The notes below the pieces were generated by a model. That model was not told where the DNA came from and did not search any database. It saw only the letters and a list, made by a program, of their open reading frames with translations. Both the position numbers and the translations under genes were made by a program. A stretch of 64,000 bases of DNA, from the NCBI GenBank assembly GCA_963847185.1, contig CAWJYV010000008.1, positions 160,001 through 224,000 of the forward strand, given 5' to 3'. Below are positions 1-9,107 of this stretch, in pieces. The stretch is from an uncultured Methanosarcinaceae archaeon. Lineage in GTDB: Archaea; Halobacteriota; Methanosarcinia; Methanosarcinales; Methanosarcinaceae. Each line of letters starts with the position of its first letter. The first letter of the stretch is position 1.

Positions 1-652
1 GTGCTTTACTCAATATCCACTGTCGGAAGCAGTTGAAAATAAATGGCGCTGCCCTATATGCGGAGGTGTCATAAAAAAAGGAGTTTTTGACCGTGTCAAT
101 GAACTTGCAGATTTTAAAGAGCCCAGACATCCTGATCACCGTCCTCCTTATCTTCACCTGATTCCTCTTGCAGAAATCATCCAGATGGCTCTTGGCCATG
201 CGAGCGTTCAGACAAAAGGCGTGAAAACTGCCTGGAATACGCTTGTGGAACGCTTTGGAAACGAGGTTGAAGCCCTTATCTATGTCAAACCTGAAGCCCT
301 GAGAATAGTTGATGCCCGGATAGTAAACGCTATCCTTGCCTTCAGGAAAGGAGATGTTATTATCCATCCGGGCGGAGGAGGCCAGTACGGCTGGGTAGAC
401 CTGCCTGAAAACTTGAAAGCAGATAAAACCGTTTCTGAGAATAAAACAGGCATGGATAAGAAAAAAGGATCCAGAGCTTCAAAGGCGGATAAAGCCCTGG
501 TTGATGGGCAGATCTCATTTTTTGATCTTGAAAAGATAAAATCCGAGAAATCCAGAAAAAAAAGTGATGAAAAACCTGAAAACGATATAAAAGAATCAGA
601 AATGGAAGATCAAAGTGAATCTAAAGGCCAGAAGTCACTTTTTGATTTCTAA
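1..652 (+). CDS. Endonuclease Q-like (TIGR00375/PHP family) protein, 3' part; 5' end outside window
   Basis: Frame 2 is open from base 2: CFTQY...WRCPICGGVIKKGVFDRVNELAD...RPPYLHLIPLAEII...HPGGGGQYG; C-terminal PIP-like QKSLFDF. Confidence 0.8.
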   Translation, partial: CFTQYPLSEAVENKWRCPICGGVIKKGVFDRVNELADFKEPRHPDHRPPYLHLIPLAEIIQMALGHASVQTKGVKTAWNTLVERFGNEVEALIYVKPEALRIVDARIVNAILAFRKGDVIIHPGGGGQYGWVDLPENLKADKTVSENKTGMDKKKGSRASKADKALVDGQISFFDLEKIKSEKSRKKSDEKPENDIKESEMEDQSESKGQKSLFDF

Positions 653-689
653 AGAGAACTTGATAGTAATAATATCTCACTCACTTATG

Positions 690-776
690 GGTCTCGCTGA
701 CAATGGAAAGTTATTGGCAGTAAGTAGCTGCTGATAATAAAATTTCGCTGATAATAGGTCTCGCTGATAATAAAAT
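690..776 (+). repeat. Short direct repeats (C/G)GCTGATAATA, ~4 copies
   Basis: ggtctcgctgacaat (690), gctgataataaaat (730), tcgctgataata (745), ggtctcgctgataataaaat (757). Confidence 0.6.
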
Positions 777-862
777 ATATAAGTGAGAAAATCTATTCCT
801 TATCCCTACATCAAAAACGTCTGATAATGCCTGTAAAATCTTCTTTTACATAAAAAGCAAAT

Positions 863-946
863 GCCCAGGTAGTCTAGTGGTAAGGCGACGGTCTCGAAAA
901 CCGTTTCTTCTTTGGGGGAGCGCAGGTTCAAATCCTGCCCTGGGCG
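863..946 (+). tRNA. tRNA-Ser(CGA)
   Basis: Acceptor GCCCAGG/CCTGGGC, anticodon arm ACGGT-CT-CGA-AA-ACCGT, long variable arm, T-arm GCAGG-TTCAAAT-CCTGC, discriminator G. Confidence 0.93.
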
Positions 947-1230
947 TACAGTTTAAAAATGTTTAAAGCTTATTTGCAAATATCAGCTCAATTAAATTTT
1001 CTTTTTTACGTTAGTGGCATAAGTTCCCTTAAAAACCGATCTACTTTTTTATATAACTCTCCAGGCCCTTTTGAATCCAAAAAAAAAGCATCTTCTTTGA
1101 TGAAGTCCTGTCATATGAATTCTTATATCGTATATTTTGAGCGGTAAAATAATATATGTGACCCGGTAAAATTAGGCTGAAAAAGAATTTCAAAATAAGG
1201 TGAAAAATCTCAAACCAAGGGGAAATATGT

Positions 1231-1722
1231 ATGAGTTCTAAAGATAACCTTAAAGCTGCATTTACTGGCGAATCAATGGCAAATAGAACATATCTGGCCT
1301 TTGCGAAAAAAGCAGATGAAGAAGGATATCATCAGATAGCTAAACTCTTCAGGGCGGCTGCTGCTGCGGAAACTATCCATGCTCATAATCACCTCCAGCG
1401 CATGGGTGGAATTGGGACTACAATGGATAATTTGAAGGATGCTATTGACGGCGAAACATACGAATTTACGAAAATGTACCCGGAATTTATAGAAGAGGCA
1501 AAGAAAGAAGGGGACAAGAGGGCTCTCTGGAGTTTTGAGGTGGCAAATAAAGTAGAAAAGGTACATGCCACTCTATATGAAAAGGCCCTGGAAGAAATCG
1601 GAAATAATAAAGAAGTTGATTATTACGTATGTGGAGTCTGCGGCCATACTATCGAAGGCGAACCTGAAGGAAACTGTCCGATCTGCGGGGCATCTGCATC
1701 CAAATTCGAGAAAATCGACTAA
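1231..1722 (+). CDS. rbr: Rubrerythrin
   Basis: NLKAAFTGESMANRTY, EtiHA and EkvHA diiron motifs, C-terminal rubredoxin CGVCGH...CPICG. Confidence 0.93.
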   Translation: MSSKDNLKAAFTGESMANRTYLAFAKKADEEGYHQIAKLFRAAAAAETIHAHNHLQRMGGIGTTMDNLKDAIDGETYEFTKMYPEFIEEAKKEGDKRALWSFEVANKVEKVHATLYEKALEEIGNNKEVDYYVCGVCGHTIEGEPEGNCPICGASASKFEKID

Positions 1723-1939
1723 AGTCTAATTAAGGCAATGAATTTCTGATAGTTAATAGAACATGTTGAGAGCTAACAGTGAAAAAGCTCTCTATTTACT
1801 TTTAAGATAACTTAAATGTGTATGTTTGTAGTTTACTTACAGCTTAAAGCTTGATTTTAACAGGAATTTTTTCTTCTCCACAATAAAAAAGTATAAGCTT
1901 TAATGCATGTAATAATTGAATCGAGGATTTAGTACTCAT

Positions 1940-2329
1940 CTAGTACTCGTTTTTAGTATCCATTTTTTCAATCAGCTCATTCCTCTCAACTAGCTTGTTA
2001 ATCTGATTGTACCATTCGTCAATATTCTTCTTTAGCACCTGCTTAACTTCCCCTGATTCTATTGGCATATATTCGTAGTAGTATCCTCCACTCTCAATAG
2101 ACCTCTTTTTCCTGTAAGCGATTCCACATGCTATGAGGTTTTGCAGGGAGCGGTACACAGTACTTTTTTCTCTTTTTACGATTTCTCCCAGTCCTTCGGT
2201 TGTAAGAGGGCCATATAAGAGCAGAGTTTTGTATGTTTCGAGATCAAGAGACTTCAAACCGAATATATATTTTATCATATCTTCGTATCTGGAACTTACT
2301 CTGATCATCTCATGAGTGGAGTTTACCAT
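1940..2329 (-). CDS. TrmB-like winged-helix transcriptional regulator
   Basis: FGLKSLDLETY...REKSTVYRSLQNL...GGYYYEY pattern. Confidence 0.8.
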   Translation of the reverse strand: MVNSTHEMIRVSSRYEDMIKYIFGLKSLDLETYKTLLLYGPLTTEGLGEIVKREKSTVYRSLQNLIACGIAYRKKRSIESGGYYYEYMPIESGEVKQVLKKNIDEWYNQINKLVERNELIEKMDTKNEY

Positions 2330-2931
2330 AGAACCACACTTAGACGGTTTTCTTTTTGTCGGATTTAAGCTTTTGAGATATTCATTTGAGGATCACAGAG
2401 TCACACCACAGGAAAACACGCATTTTTAAACACCCGGAGTTTCCATTCACATTCACAATGTTCAATCATGTTGTTAATGTCTCTTAGAATTCCTATTCAT
2501 GGAGGAAAAGAGACGCTATCCCGATGAACCATCCTCAGGGTTTTAAGTAAAAAGGTCTTGCCGAATCAAGGCCATCTTTCCTTTTCCGTAGAATTTAACT
2601 TCCTTTCCGGCCCTGCGCTCTTTCAGAAAAAACCCATTTTTTGTATTTCTTTTATTTTTCTTGGAGCAAGGATTGTGGTATAGTGGATTTTATTTTTCCT
2701 GAGTAGAGGCAAATTTTTGGAAAAGGGAGCAATTTTTCTCTGGCCATATTCTCTTTCAGTAATGAAGCTGGGTGGCTCAAAGGCGGATGGTTCAAAGGTT
2801 GATATTTCCATAGTTTTACCTTTGCCTGATACATGCACCTGAATCTTTTCGGGGACATGAGGCATTTTTTTGAACATCGTTTTTTCTCCTGTGATCCTCA
2901 ATAGCCATGAATACACACAAACTATATATAA

Positions 2932-2955
2932 CGTTATGTTTACTCAAACATAACG
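2932..2955. promoter_or_regulatory. Perfect palindrome CGTTATGT-N8-ACATAACG, candidate ModE operator, abutting a TATA box on the minus strand
   Basis: cgttatgttt-actc-aaacataacg is a perfect 10-bp inverted repeat; TATATATA at 2923-2930; resembles the ModE consensus CGTTATAT...ATATAACG. Confidence 0.6.
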
Positions 2956-3142
2956 GTTAAGAAATCTGAAACTCAAAATTATCTGGAATTCAAGTCAGAA
3001 AAAGATGTTAGGATTTTAGAAATTTGCAGAGCGAATATTTCTGTTGCTTACAGCTTATTCTTATGCATGCAGAGAAAAAAACTGGGAGAATTATTTCAGC
3101 TCAAAAATTGGTCTGAGAAAGGTAGTAATTTTATAATTTTGA

Positions 3143-3185
3143 ACTTACGCGGTTGAACTGATTGATCAATAACATCCGCGTAAGT
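3143..3185 (-). terminator. Stem-loop downstream of modA
   Basis: acttacgcgg (3143-3152) / ccgcgtaagt (3176-3185) 10-bp inverted repeat 20 nt after the modA stop. Confidence 0.55.
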
Positions 3186-3204
3186 CATATCTTTTTCAAG
3201 ATTA

Positions 3205-4023
3205 TTAATTAAAACCGTATTTATTCAGTATTTCCTGTCCTTCTTCCCCGGTTACTAAATCCACGAATTCCTGTGCCTCTTCCTTATTCTCAGAAGACGA
3301 AACTACAGCTATCGGATATGTAACAGGAGTACTAACAGACACGTTTGTAACTATTTCAATAGTTCCTGGCTCTGCAGTCTTTGCGTCAGTCATATAGACA
3401 AAACCGGCGTCCACCTCTCCCCTTTCAACATACGTCAGAACCTGTTTTACATCCTCGGCAAATATCATCTTCTTTTCTGTCTGGTTCCACAGGCCTGTTT
3501 CATTCAGTGCAAGGCGTGTGTATTTACCAATAGGAACGGTTTCAGGGTTTCCAGTTGCGATTCTTTCAACTTTTGGGTCTGTCAGGTCTGTTATGTTTGT
3601 TATATTAAGGGTGCTGTTTGCAGGAACAATGAGTACAAGTGAGTTTTGGGCAAAATCCTCTCTTGTAGAGTTCTCAATAAGGCTTTTATTGGCAAGTGTG
3701 TCCATCTGGCTCTCATCAGCTGAGGCAAAAACATCGACAGGAGCTCCCCCTTCTATTTGCGTACGAAGATTCCCCGAACCTCCAAAGTTCAGGCTTACGT
3801 CAGTTCCGGGGTTTTCAGTCTCATACTGGGCAGCTATGTCCGTGAAAGCTTCAGTAAGGCTGGCAGCTGCAGAAACTGTAATCGTTTCAGACTCTGCGGC
3901 AGCTGGAGTTTCTGCTGTAACTGGAGTCCCAGTTTCATTTGCAGCTTTATCTCCACTATCAGTACATCCTATTGCAAGGAATACACTTAATAATACTAAC
4001 AGAACTATCAGTTCTTTTCTCAT
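3205..4023 (-). CDS. modA: Molybdate ABC transporter substrate-binding lipoprotein
   Basis: Lipobox LAIGC; SAAASLTEAF, GGSGNLRTQIEGGAPVDVFASA, GNPETVPIG, EVDAGFVYMTDA. Confidence 0.93.
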   Translation of the reverse strand: MRKELIVLLVLLSVFLAIGCTDSGDKAANETGTPVTAETPAAAESETITVSAAASLTEAFTDIAAQYETENPGTDVSLNFGGSGNLRTQIEGGAPVDVFASADESQMDTLANKSLIENSTREDFAQNSLVLIVPANSTLNITNITDLTDPKVERIATGNPETVPIGKYTRLALNETGLWNQTEKKMIFAEDVKQVLTYVERGEVDAGFVYMTDAKTAEPGTIEIVTNVSVSTPVTYPIAVVSSSENKEEAQEFVDLVTGEEGQEILNKYGFN

Positions 4024-4198
4024 AATTTCACCTCTCCTAAATATTTTTTATAGTCAAAACTTACACTATTGGATTGAAAAATCAATACTCTTTAATCATT
4101 CAAATATATAAATCAAGCCATTGTATAGGGCCTCATGCACTTGGTTTTGTGTTTTGGGCGCATAACTCCTAAGTGGCTATTTGTAGATCTAACGAAAA

Positions 4199-5566
4199 TC
4201 AAGGCAAATTCTCAGGTATTATTTCTTTCTCCTGTTTGTGTATAGACGGAATAAAAACAGATTGATTTCTTTTTTTTCTAATTTTCATAAAGAGCTGCTT
4301 TAGGGTATCTTCATTACTCTTTGTGAATTCAAATGGGGAATTAGTGAATGGTTCGAAGTGAACCGCCACGTCATCAAGCCTGTAGAAAGTTCCGTTACAT
4401 TCCATGGCATCAACAACGCCTGGAAGCACAACGTCCGACACAACTGTGGTCGGGCAGGGAACAATATCCAGATAGATCAGAGGAATTTCGGCAAGGTAAG
4501 CCGCACAGTCGGCGGGAATCTGATTTAAAATATCTGTGCATATCACAAAGGCTGCATCTACGTCTTTTTCTCGAAGCAAGTCCACGGTTGTGAATTCTCC
4601 CGGGTTATAACGTGGATACCCGTGAGTGAAGTCAAGTCCGAAAGGATATCCATACATGTAAGAAGCGACCTGATTGAAACCTGCGACATTGCAGTGGCTG
4701 CGGAGTATTCCAAAGGTGAACTTGGAGTAATTGTTCAGTTCCTTTACAAGGTTCAATGCAATTTCAGTGTTCCTGTGCTTTCCAATTGAAGAAGAAAGCC
4801 CGACACCTACTGAAATCGCCCCGAAGTTACAGTTTTTCATCATATCGAGCATTTCTTCCATGACGGAGATGGGCACTCCAGTGGTCTCTTCTACTGAGGG
4901 GTGCGGAGTTTTCCCGTGGAGCAGGGTCAGAAGTGCACTTATCAGTTCATAATCTGAGTTCGGTTTAAGCTGCACGTGCAGGTCTGAAGCTTCGGTTGTT
5001 GGAGTTTTTCTTGGATCCACAGTGATAACTGTCCTGTCAAAACGTCCACGCTTGGTCCAGTAACCTCTTGGGAAAACTCCGTACCTGGACATTTGCCTGG
5101 GCATGGATTCGAGAGGATTTGTACCCCAGTAGACTATGAGATCTCCCCTGTTTTTCTTCTGACCTTCGGTTGCACCGACTTTACCGGATTCCTGGATTCC
5201 CATTGTTGCCGGTCCATTACCTAACGCAGTATTGGAATCAACAACTGCCCCCAGATATTCCCCCATCATGAGCCCTACTTCGTGCGCTTCACAGGAGGTT
5301 TCACTGCCCATGAAAAGCAGAGGGCGCTTTGCTGAGACGAGGATATCGGCAGCTTTCTCAAGTGTCTCATCCCAGGCTGCAGGGGTAAGTTTTCCCTCAG
5401 CCTTTACAAGGGGTTGTCTTATCCGTCGAGGATTTCTAAGCGCCTGAAACCTGGCAGCTCCTATCTTACATATGTTTTTAACTTCAATTGTATTGTCTTT
5501 CAGTTCAACCTGGATATCGTCGCAGGCAGCCCCACAGACGGGACAGACCATGTTTTTAATAAACAT
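4199..5566 (-). CDS. fmdB: Orphan formylmethanofuran dehydrogenase subunit B (FmdB/FwdB) paralog lacking the metal-ligand Cys and adjacent His
   Basis: CPVCGAACDDI 4Fe-4S motif, KNRGDLIVYWGTNP, SRYGVFPRG, HCNVAGFNQV, GTFYRLD; start moved to ATG 5566 (MFIKNMVC) after GGGAG. Confidence 0.85.
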   Translation of the reverse strand: MFIKNMVCPVCGAACDDIQVELKDNTIEVKNICKIGAARFQALRNPRRIRQPLVKAEGKLTPAAWDETLEKAADILVSAKRPLLFMGSETSCEAHEVGLMMGEYLGAVVDSNTALGNGPATMGIQESGKVGATEGQKKNRGDLIVYWGTNPLESMPRQMSRYGVFPRGYWTKRGRFDRTVITVDPRKTPTTEASDLHVQLKPNSDYELISALLTLLHGKTPHPSVEETTGVPISVMEEMLDMMKNCNFGAISVGVGLSSSIGKHRNTEIALNLVKELNNYSKFTFGILRSHCNVAGFNQVASYMYGYPFGLDFTHGYPRYNPGEFTTVDLLREKDVDAAFVICTDILNQIPADCAAYLAEIPLIYLDIVPCPTTVVSDVVLPGVVDAMECNGTFYRLDDVAVHFEPFTNSPFEFTKSNEDTLKQLFMKIRKKRNQSVFIPSIHKQEKEIIPENLP

Positions 5567-6251
5567 AACTCCCGCTCTCCACATAGATATCCGACGTTGT
5601 ATTTCCGATGCTCGTTTCAGAAAAGAAAAATAATAACTTGCCTTCTTGCATTTTACTTGCCTCTCAACATTGTTCTGTGCGCTGCACAGCAGTTCATTTT
5701 CATTTGAATGAACAGTGCACAGCAATTCTACAGCACTGTGTCATTTTTATGAACTAGTACTTCAATGTCAACAGGTCTCAGGAATAGGCCTTTTTCCCTG
5801 TGATCAGGAAGACGGGTGGGGGAGCTCAGGAGAGTAAAAGACTTTCCATATCCCAATAGAAAAAACCGTGTTCAACTTTTCTGCTGTCGTTTATCGATTA
5901 GCAGATTTTCAGATCTACATTTTCTCGGAAATGAATACTTTTACCTCTATCATATAATTTGGAGGTAAAATCTACACTTTAAGGTAAATTTACAACTTAT
6001 TTATAAACATGTCGAAGACTGTCTTTTCTAGATTGGAACAAAATATATGGCGAAGGTCAAGAACTAAACTCACATTTGATTGTCAAGAGTAGAATAAATG
6101 GGAAAATAGGTACTATATTTGGACACCCTGCCGGGAGAGAGTTTAAATATAATAGAACTGTTCGTATGTAGGCATAAACTATATTATAATCAAAAGCATA
6201 TATAAAAATCGCAAGCATTTATTAATAATACCTAAATGGAGGAGCAAGGAA

Positions 6252-6461
6252 ATGAAACTAAGTGCACGGAATGTCTTAGAAGGTAAAGTTAAAAAGATTG
6301 TACCGGGCGTGGTTAATTCTGAAGTTGTAATAGAATTGCCAGGCGGAGCAGAAATCACTTCCATCATCACAAAGACCTCAGCTGAAAATCTGAAGTTAAA
6401 AGAAGGAAGCAGTGTTTACGCAATCGTTAAGGCTTCAAATGTGATGATAGGTACAGATTAA
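6252..6461 (+). CDS. mop: Molybdate-binding TOBE/Mop protein
   Basis: MKLSARNVLEGKV...ITSIITKTSAENLKL...YAIVKASNV; RBS GGAGG. Confidence 0.92.
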   Translation: MKLSARNVLEGKVKKIVPGVVNSEVVIELPGGAEITSIITKTSAENLKLKEGSSVYAIVKASNVMIGTD

Positions 6462-6792
6462 TCCCATTTTTTGTTTCATGCTTCGCGCATGAAATTAGTA
6501 AGTAGCGTATATTCTACTCCACAGCAGTTCACAAAAAGCTGCTCAGTTTTTGTTAACAGTAACTTATGAAACTAAATTACATATTTGTGTACATCTGCGG
6601 GGCGTGGAATAACTTTACATCATATGAAGTATTTAACAAGACCCTGTTTAGTTCGGATTTATTTCGAATACTCAATTTCCATAATCTGGAATGCTGCACT
6701 AAAAAATTTTTGTTTCATGATAATCCGCTGTAATAAGCATTTAATTATCTCTTATACACTTTTAAGTACGTTTATTCAAAAAATGATAAGAC

Positions 6793-7470
6793 ATGATCTC
6801 TATGTTGGACAAGATATGGTTTCCTTTATCTATCACGCTCTGGATAGCTACCATATCATCTTTCCTCGTACTGTGCAGCGGCGTAGTCATAGCTTATATC
6901 TTTGCGAGACGCGATTTTAGGGGCAAGGAGCTTGCAGAGCTGCTAGTAACACTTCCCCTAGTTCTCCCGCCTACCGTAATTGGCTATCTCCTGGTTATTC
7001 TCGTAGGTAGGAACGGATATCTTGGCCACTTTATTTACAACTTTTTTGGTACAGGGATCATGTTTACCTGGCAGGCAGCAGTAATTGCGGCTTATACGGT
7101 TTCCCTTCCCCTTATGGTAAAAGCTGCACAGGCAGCCATAGAAACCGTAGATAAGGAACTTGAATATGCAGCTTATATTCTTGGGAGAAGCGAGACTGAA
7201 ACTGCTCTGCTAATAACACTCCCCCTTGCAAAAAGGGGCATAATGGCAGGACTCGTGCTAAGTTTCGCCAGAGCCATTGGAGAATTTGGAGCGACCCTTA
7301 TGCTGGCAGGAAATATCCCGGGAAAAACTAACACAATGTCCACCTCAATATACAGTGCTTTTCAGGCAGGAAACAATGAACTTGCTCAGACGCTGGTTTT
7401 AATCCTTATTATTATGTCTCTGCTAGCTATTTCTCTGACCGGACGATTCGTAGGCAAACTAGAGGTATAA
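6793..7470 (+). CDS. modB: Molybdate ABC transporter permease
   Basis: LPLVLPPTVIGY, EYAAYILG, FARAIGEFGATLMLAGNIPGKT. Confidence 0.94.
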   Translation: MISMLDKIWFPLSITLWIATISSFLVLCSGVVIAYIFARRDFRGKELAELLVTLPLVLPPTVIGYLLVILVGRNGYLGHFIYNFFGTGIMFTWQAAVIAAYTVSLPLMVKAAQAAIETVDKELEYAAYILGRSETETALLITLPLAKRGIMAGLVLSFARAIGEFGATLMLAGNIPGKTNTMSTSIYSAFQAGNNELAQTLVLILIIMSLLAISLTGRFVGKLEV

Positions 7471-7472
7471 GC

Positions 7473-8615
7473 TTGGGCATTAAAGTTGACCTTAAAAAAC
7501 GGTATTATGAAATCGATTCCAATGGAAAAAAAGATATCAAGAAATCTTTTCTGTTAGATGTCAGCTTTGAAATGGAAAACGAGCTTGTCGTACTCTTTGG
7601 GCCTTCAGGATCAGGAAAGACCACGTTATTTAAATGCATTTCCGGAATAACTGAACCTGATGAGGGAAAAATAACCTTAGGAAATAAAGTTTATTTCGAC
7701 AAAATCAAAAAAATTAATATTCCCATCCAGAAGCGCAATCTTGGATATGTTTTTCAGAACTATACTCTTTTTCCCCATATGAATGTAAGAAAAAACATAG
7801 AATGTGGTCTCAAAGGCTGGGAGAAAGAAGCCAAAGAAGAAAGGGTTCTGGAAATGTTGAATCTTCTCCATATTGAGGAATTGGAGACCCGACCTCCATC
7901 CCATCTGTCAGGAGGACAGAAACAGAGAGTTGCTCTGGCAAGAGCGCTGGCCCCCAAGCCTGAGATTTTACTTCTGGATGAGCCCTTCTCTGCACTTGAT
8001 TTGAAAATAAGACTCGAACTTGCAGAAAAAATAAAAAATCTTCAAATCCGGATTGGAATACCATTATTATTCATTACTCACAATCTGGAAGAAGCTTTAA
8101 TGCTGGCTGACAAGATTCTTGTTTTATATGGAGGGAAAGCCCAGCAGTTCGGTACTCCGGAAGAAATATTCAATCATCCTGAAAACCTGCATGTGGCAGA
8201 GCTGGTTGGTATCTCCAATATTTTTGATGACGCTTATGTTGAAGAATATGATGAAAAATCAAAAAGTACAGTGTTAAAAAGCGGAGATCTGAGAATAAAA
8301 ATAAAATCTCAGAATTTCAAGGCTGAGGATAAAGTATCCTGGGGCATCCATCCTGAGAACATAACCTTTCTATTGGCAGATTTCGGTTCTGAAGATCTGG
8401 AAAATAATACTTACTCTGCTCGTATCAATAACATCATCAATAAAGGGCCAAAAAAGCGCATTACATTTAAACTTGTTAAATATAACAAGGCTCTGACTGC
8501 AGAAGTGCCTGCGCAGCTTGTTGATTCTCTGAAAATGCATGCAGGAGATTTATGTCTGGCAAAATTGGAAATGACTAAAGTAATTTCATTCCGTAACTTA
8601 CAACTCAATAGATAA
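7473..8615 (+). CDS. modC: Molybdate ABC transporter ATP-binding protein
   Basis: Walker A GPSGSGKTT, LSGGQKQRVALARAL, LLLDEPF, C-terminal TOBE; follows modB. Confidence 0.9.
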   Translation: MGIKVDLKKRYYEIDSNGKKDIKKSFLLDVSFEMENELVVLFGPSGSGKTTLFKCISGITEPDEGKITLGNKVYFDKIKKINIPIQKRNLGYVFQNYTLFPHMNVRKNIECGLKGWEKEAKEERVLEMLNLLHIEELETRPPSHLSGGQKQRVALARALAPKPEILLLDEPFSALDLKIRLELAEKIKNLQIRIGIPLLFITHNLEEALMLADKILVLYGGKAQQFGTPEEIFNHPENLHVAELVGISNIFDDAYVEEYDEKSKSTVLKSGDLRIKIKSQNFKAEDKVSWGIHPENITFLLADFGSEDLENNTYSARINNIINKGPKKRITFKLVKYNKALTAEVPAQLVDSLKMHAGDLCLAKLEMTKVISFRNLQLNR

Positions 8616-8740
8616 CACATTTTATTTTATATGGAAATATTTGACTTCTCTTTAAAAGAATATTAATTTCTTTAATTGATAACATCGCTTCCTGCCGTTA
8701 ACTATTTAACAGAGGAAGGCTATTTCAATATCCTTGTCAA

Positions 8741-8936
8741 GGGGCTGTGGCCTAGCCCGGCATGGCGATGGGCTCCAGCGGATAAATGATGAACAACGGG
8801 TATACTGAGTCTTTCCCGACGGGGCAGGACAGTGAGGAACCGTTGGAGCACTGATAGATGCTCACCAGAACTAATACTGTTAAGACAGTTGTTCGGAGAT
8901 ACCCGTCGATCGTGAGTTCGAATCTCACCAGCCCCA
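8741..8936 (+). tRNA. tRNA-Trp(CCA) with 122-nt intron (8779-8900)
   Basis: Acceptor GGGGCTG/CAGCCCC, anticodon CCA at 8775-8777, intron between positions 37/38 with bulge-helix-bulge-like ends, T-arm GTGAG-TTCGAAT-CTCAC. Confidence 0.95.
8779..8900 (+). ncRNA. Intron-encoded box C/D guide sRNA (targets C34 and C39 of pre-tRNA-Trp)
   Basis: Box C ATGATGA 8786-92, D' CTGA 8805-08, C' GTGAGGA 8832-38, D CTGA 8851-54; guides ACGGGTAT and CCGTTGGAGC are complementary to the exon-intron junctions. Confidence 0.9.
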
Positions 8937-9107
8937 CCTTTTTTAATTTAATTCTTATTTTTAAAAGGTATTTCCTCATTCTATCTTAGGGCTGCATAAA
9001 ATTTATAAAAAAGAAAAAATAAGTAAATATAGGCAGCAGGGCTCAAACATACAAATAAAGATGCTTACCTATTGTAATTTCTCACTTCAATATTATACTC
9101 CTTATTT

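Noticed and set aside
3518-4111. 197-aa ORF antisense to modA, and similar antisense ORFs over groEL, mtr, rtcB and MMPL
   Set aside because: Shadow ORFs opposite well-supported genes.
5567-5900. Possible fmdD/fwdD remnant or N-terminal extension upstream of fmdB
   Set aside because: No recognisable FwdD motifs in the frames I read; the 53-aa extension to 5725 does not resemble FmdB.
8752-8979. 75-aa ORF antisense to tRNA-Trp
   Set aside because: Overlaps a clear tRNA/intron gene; spurious.
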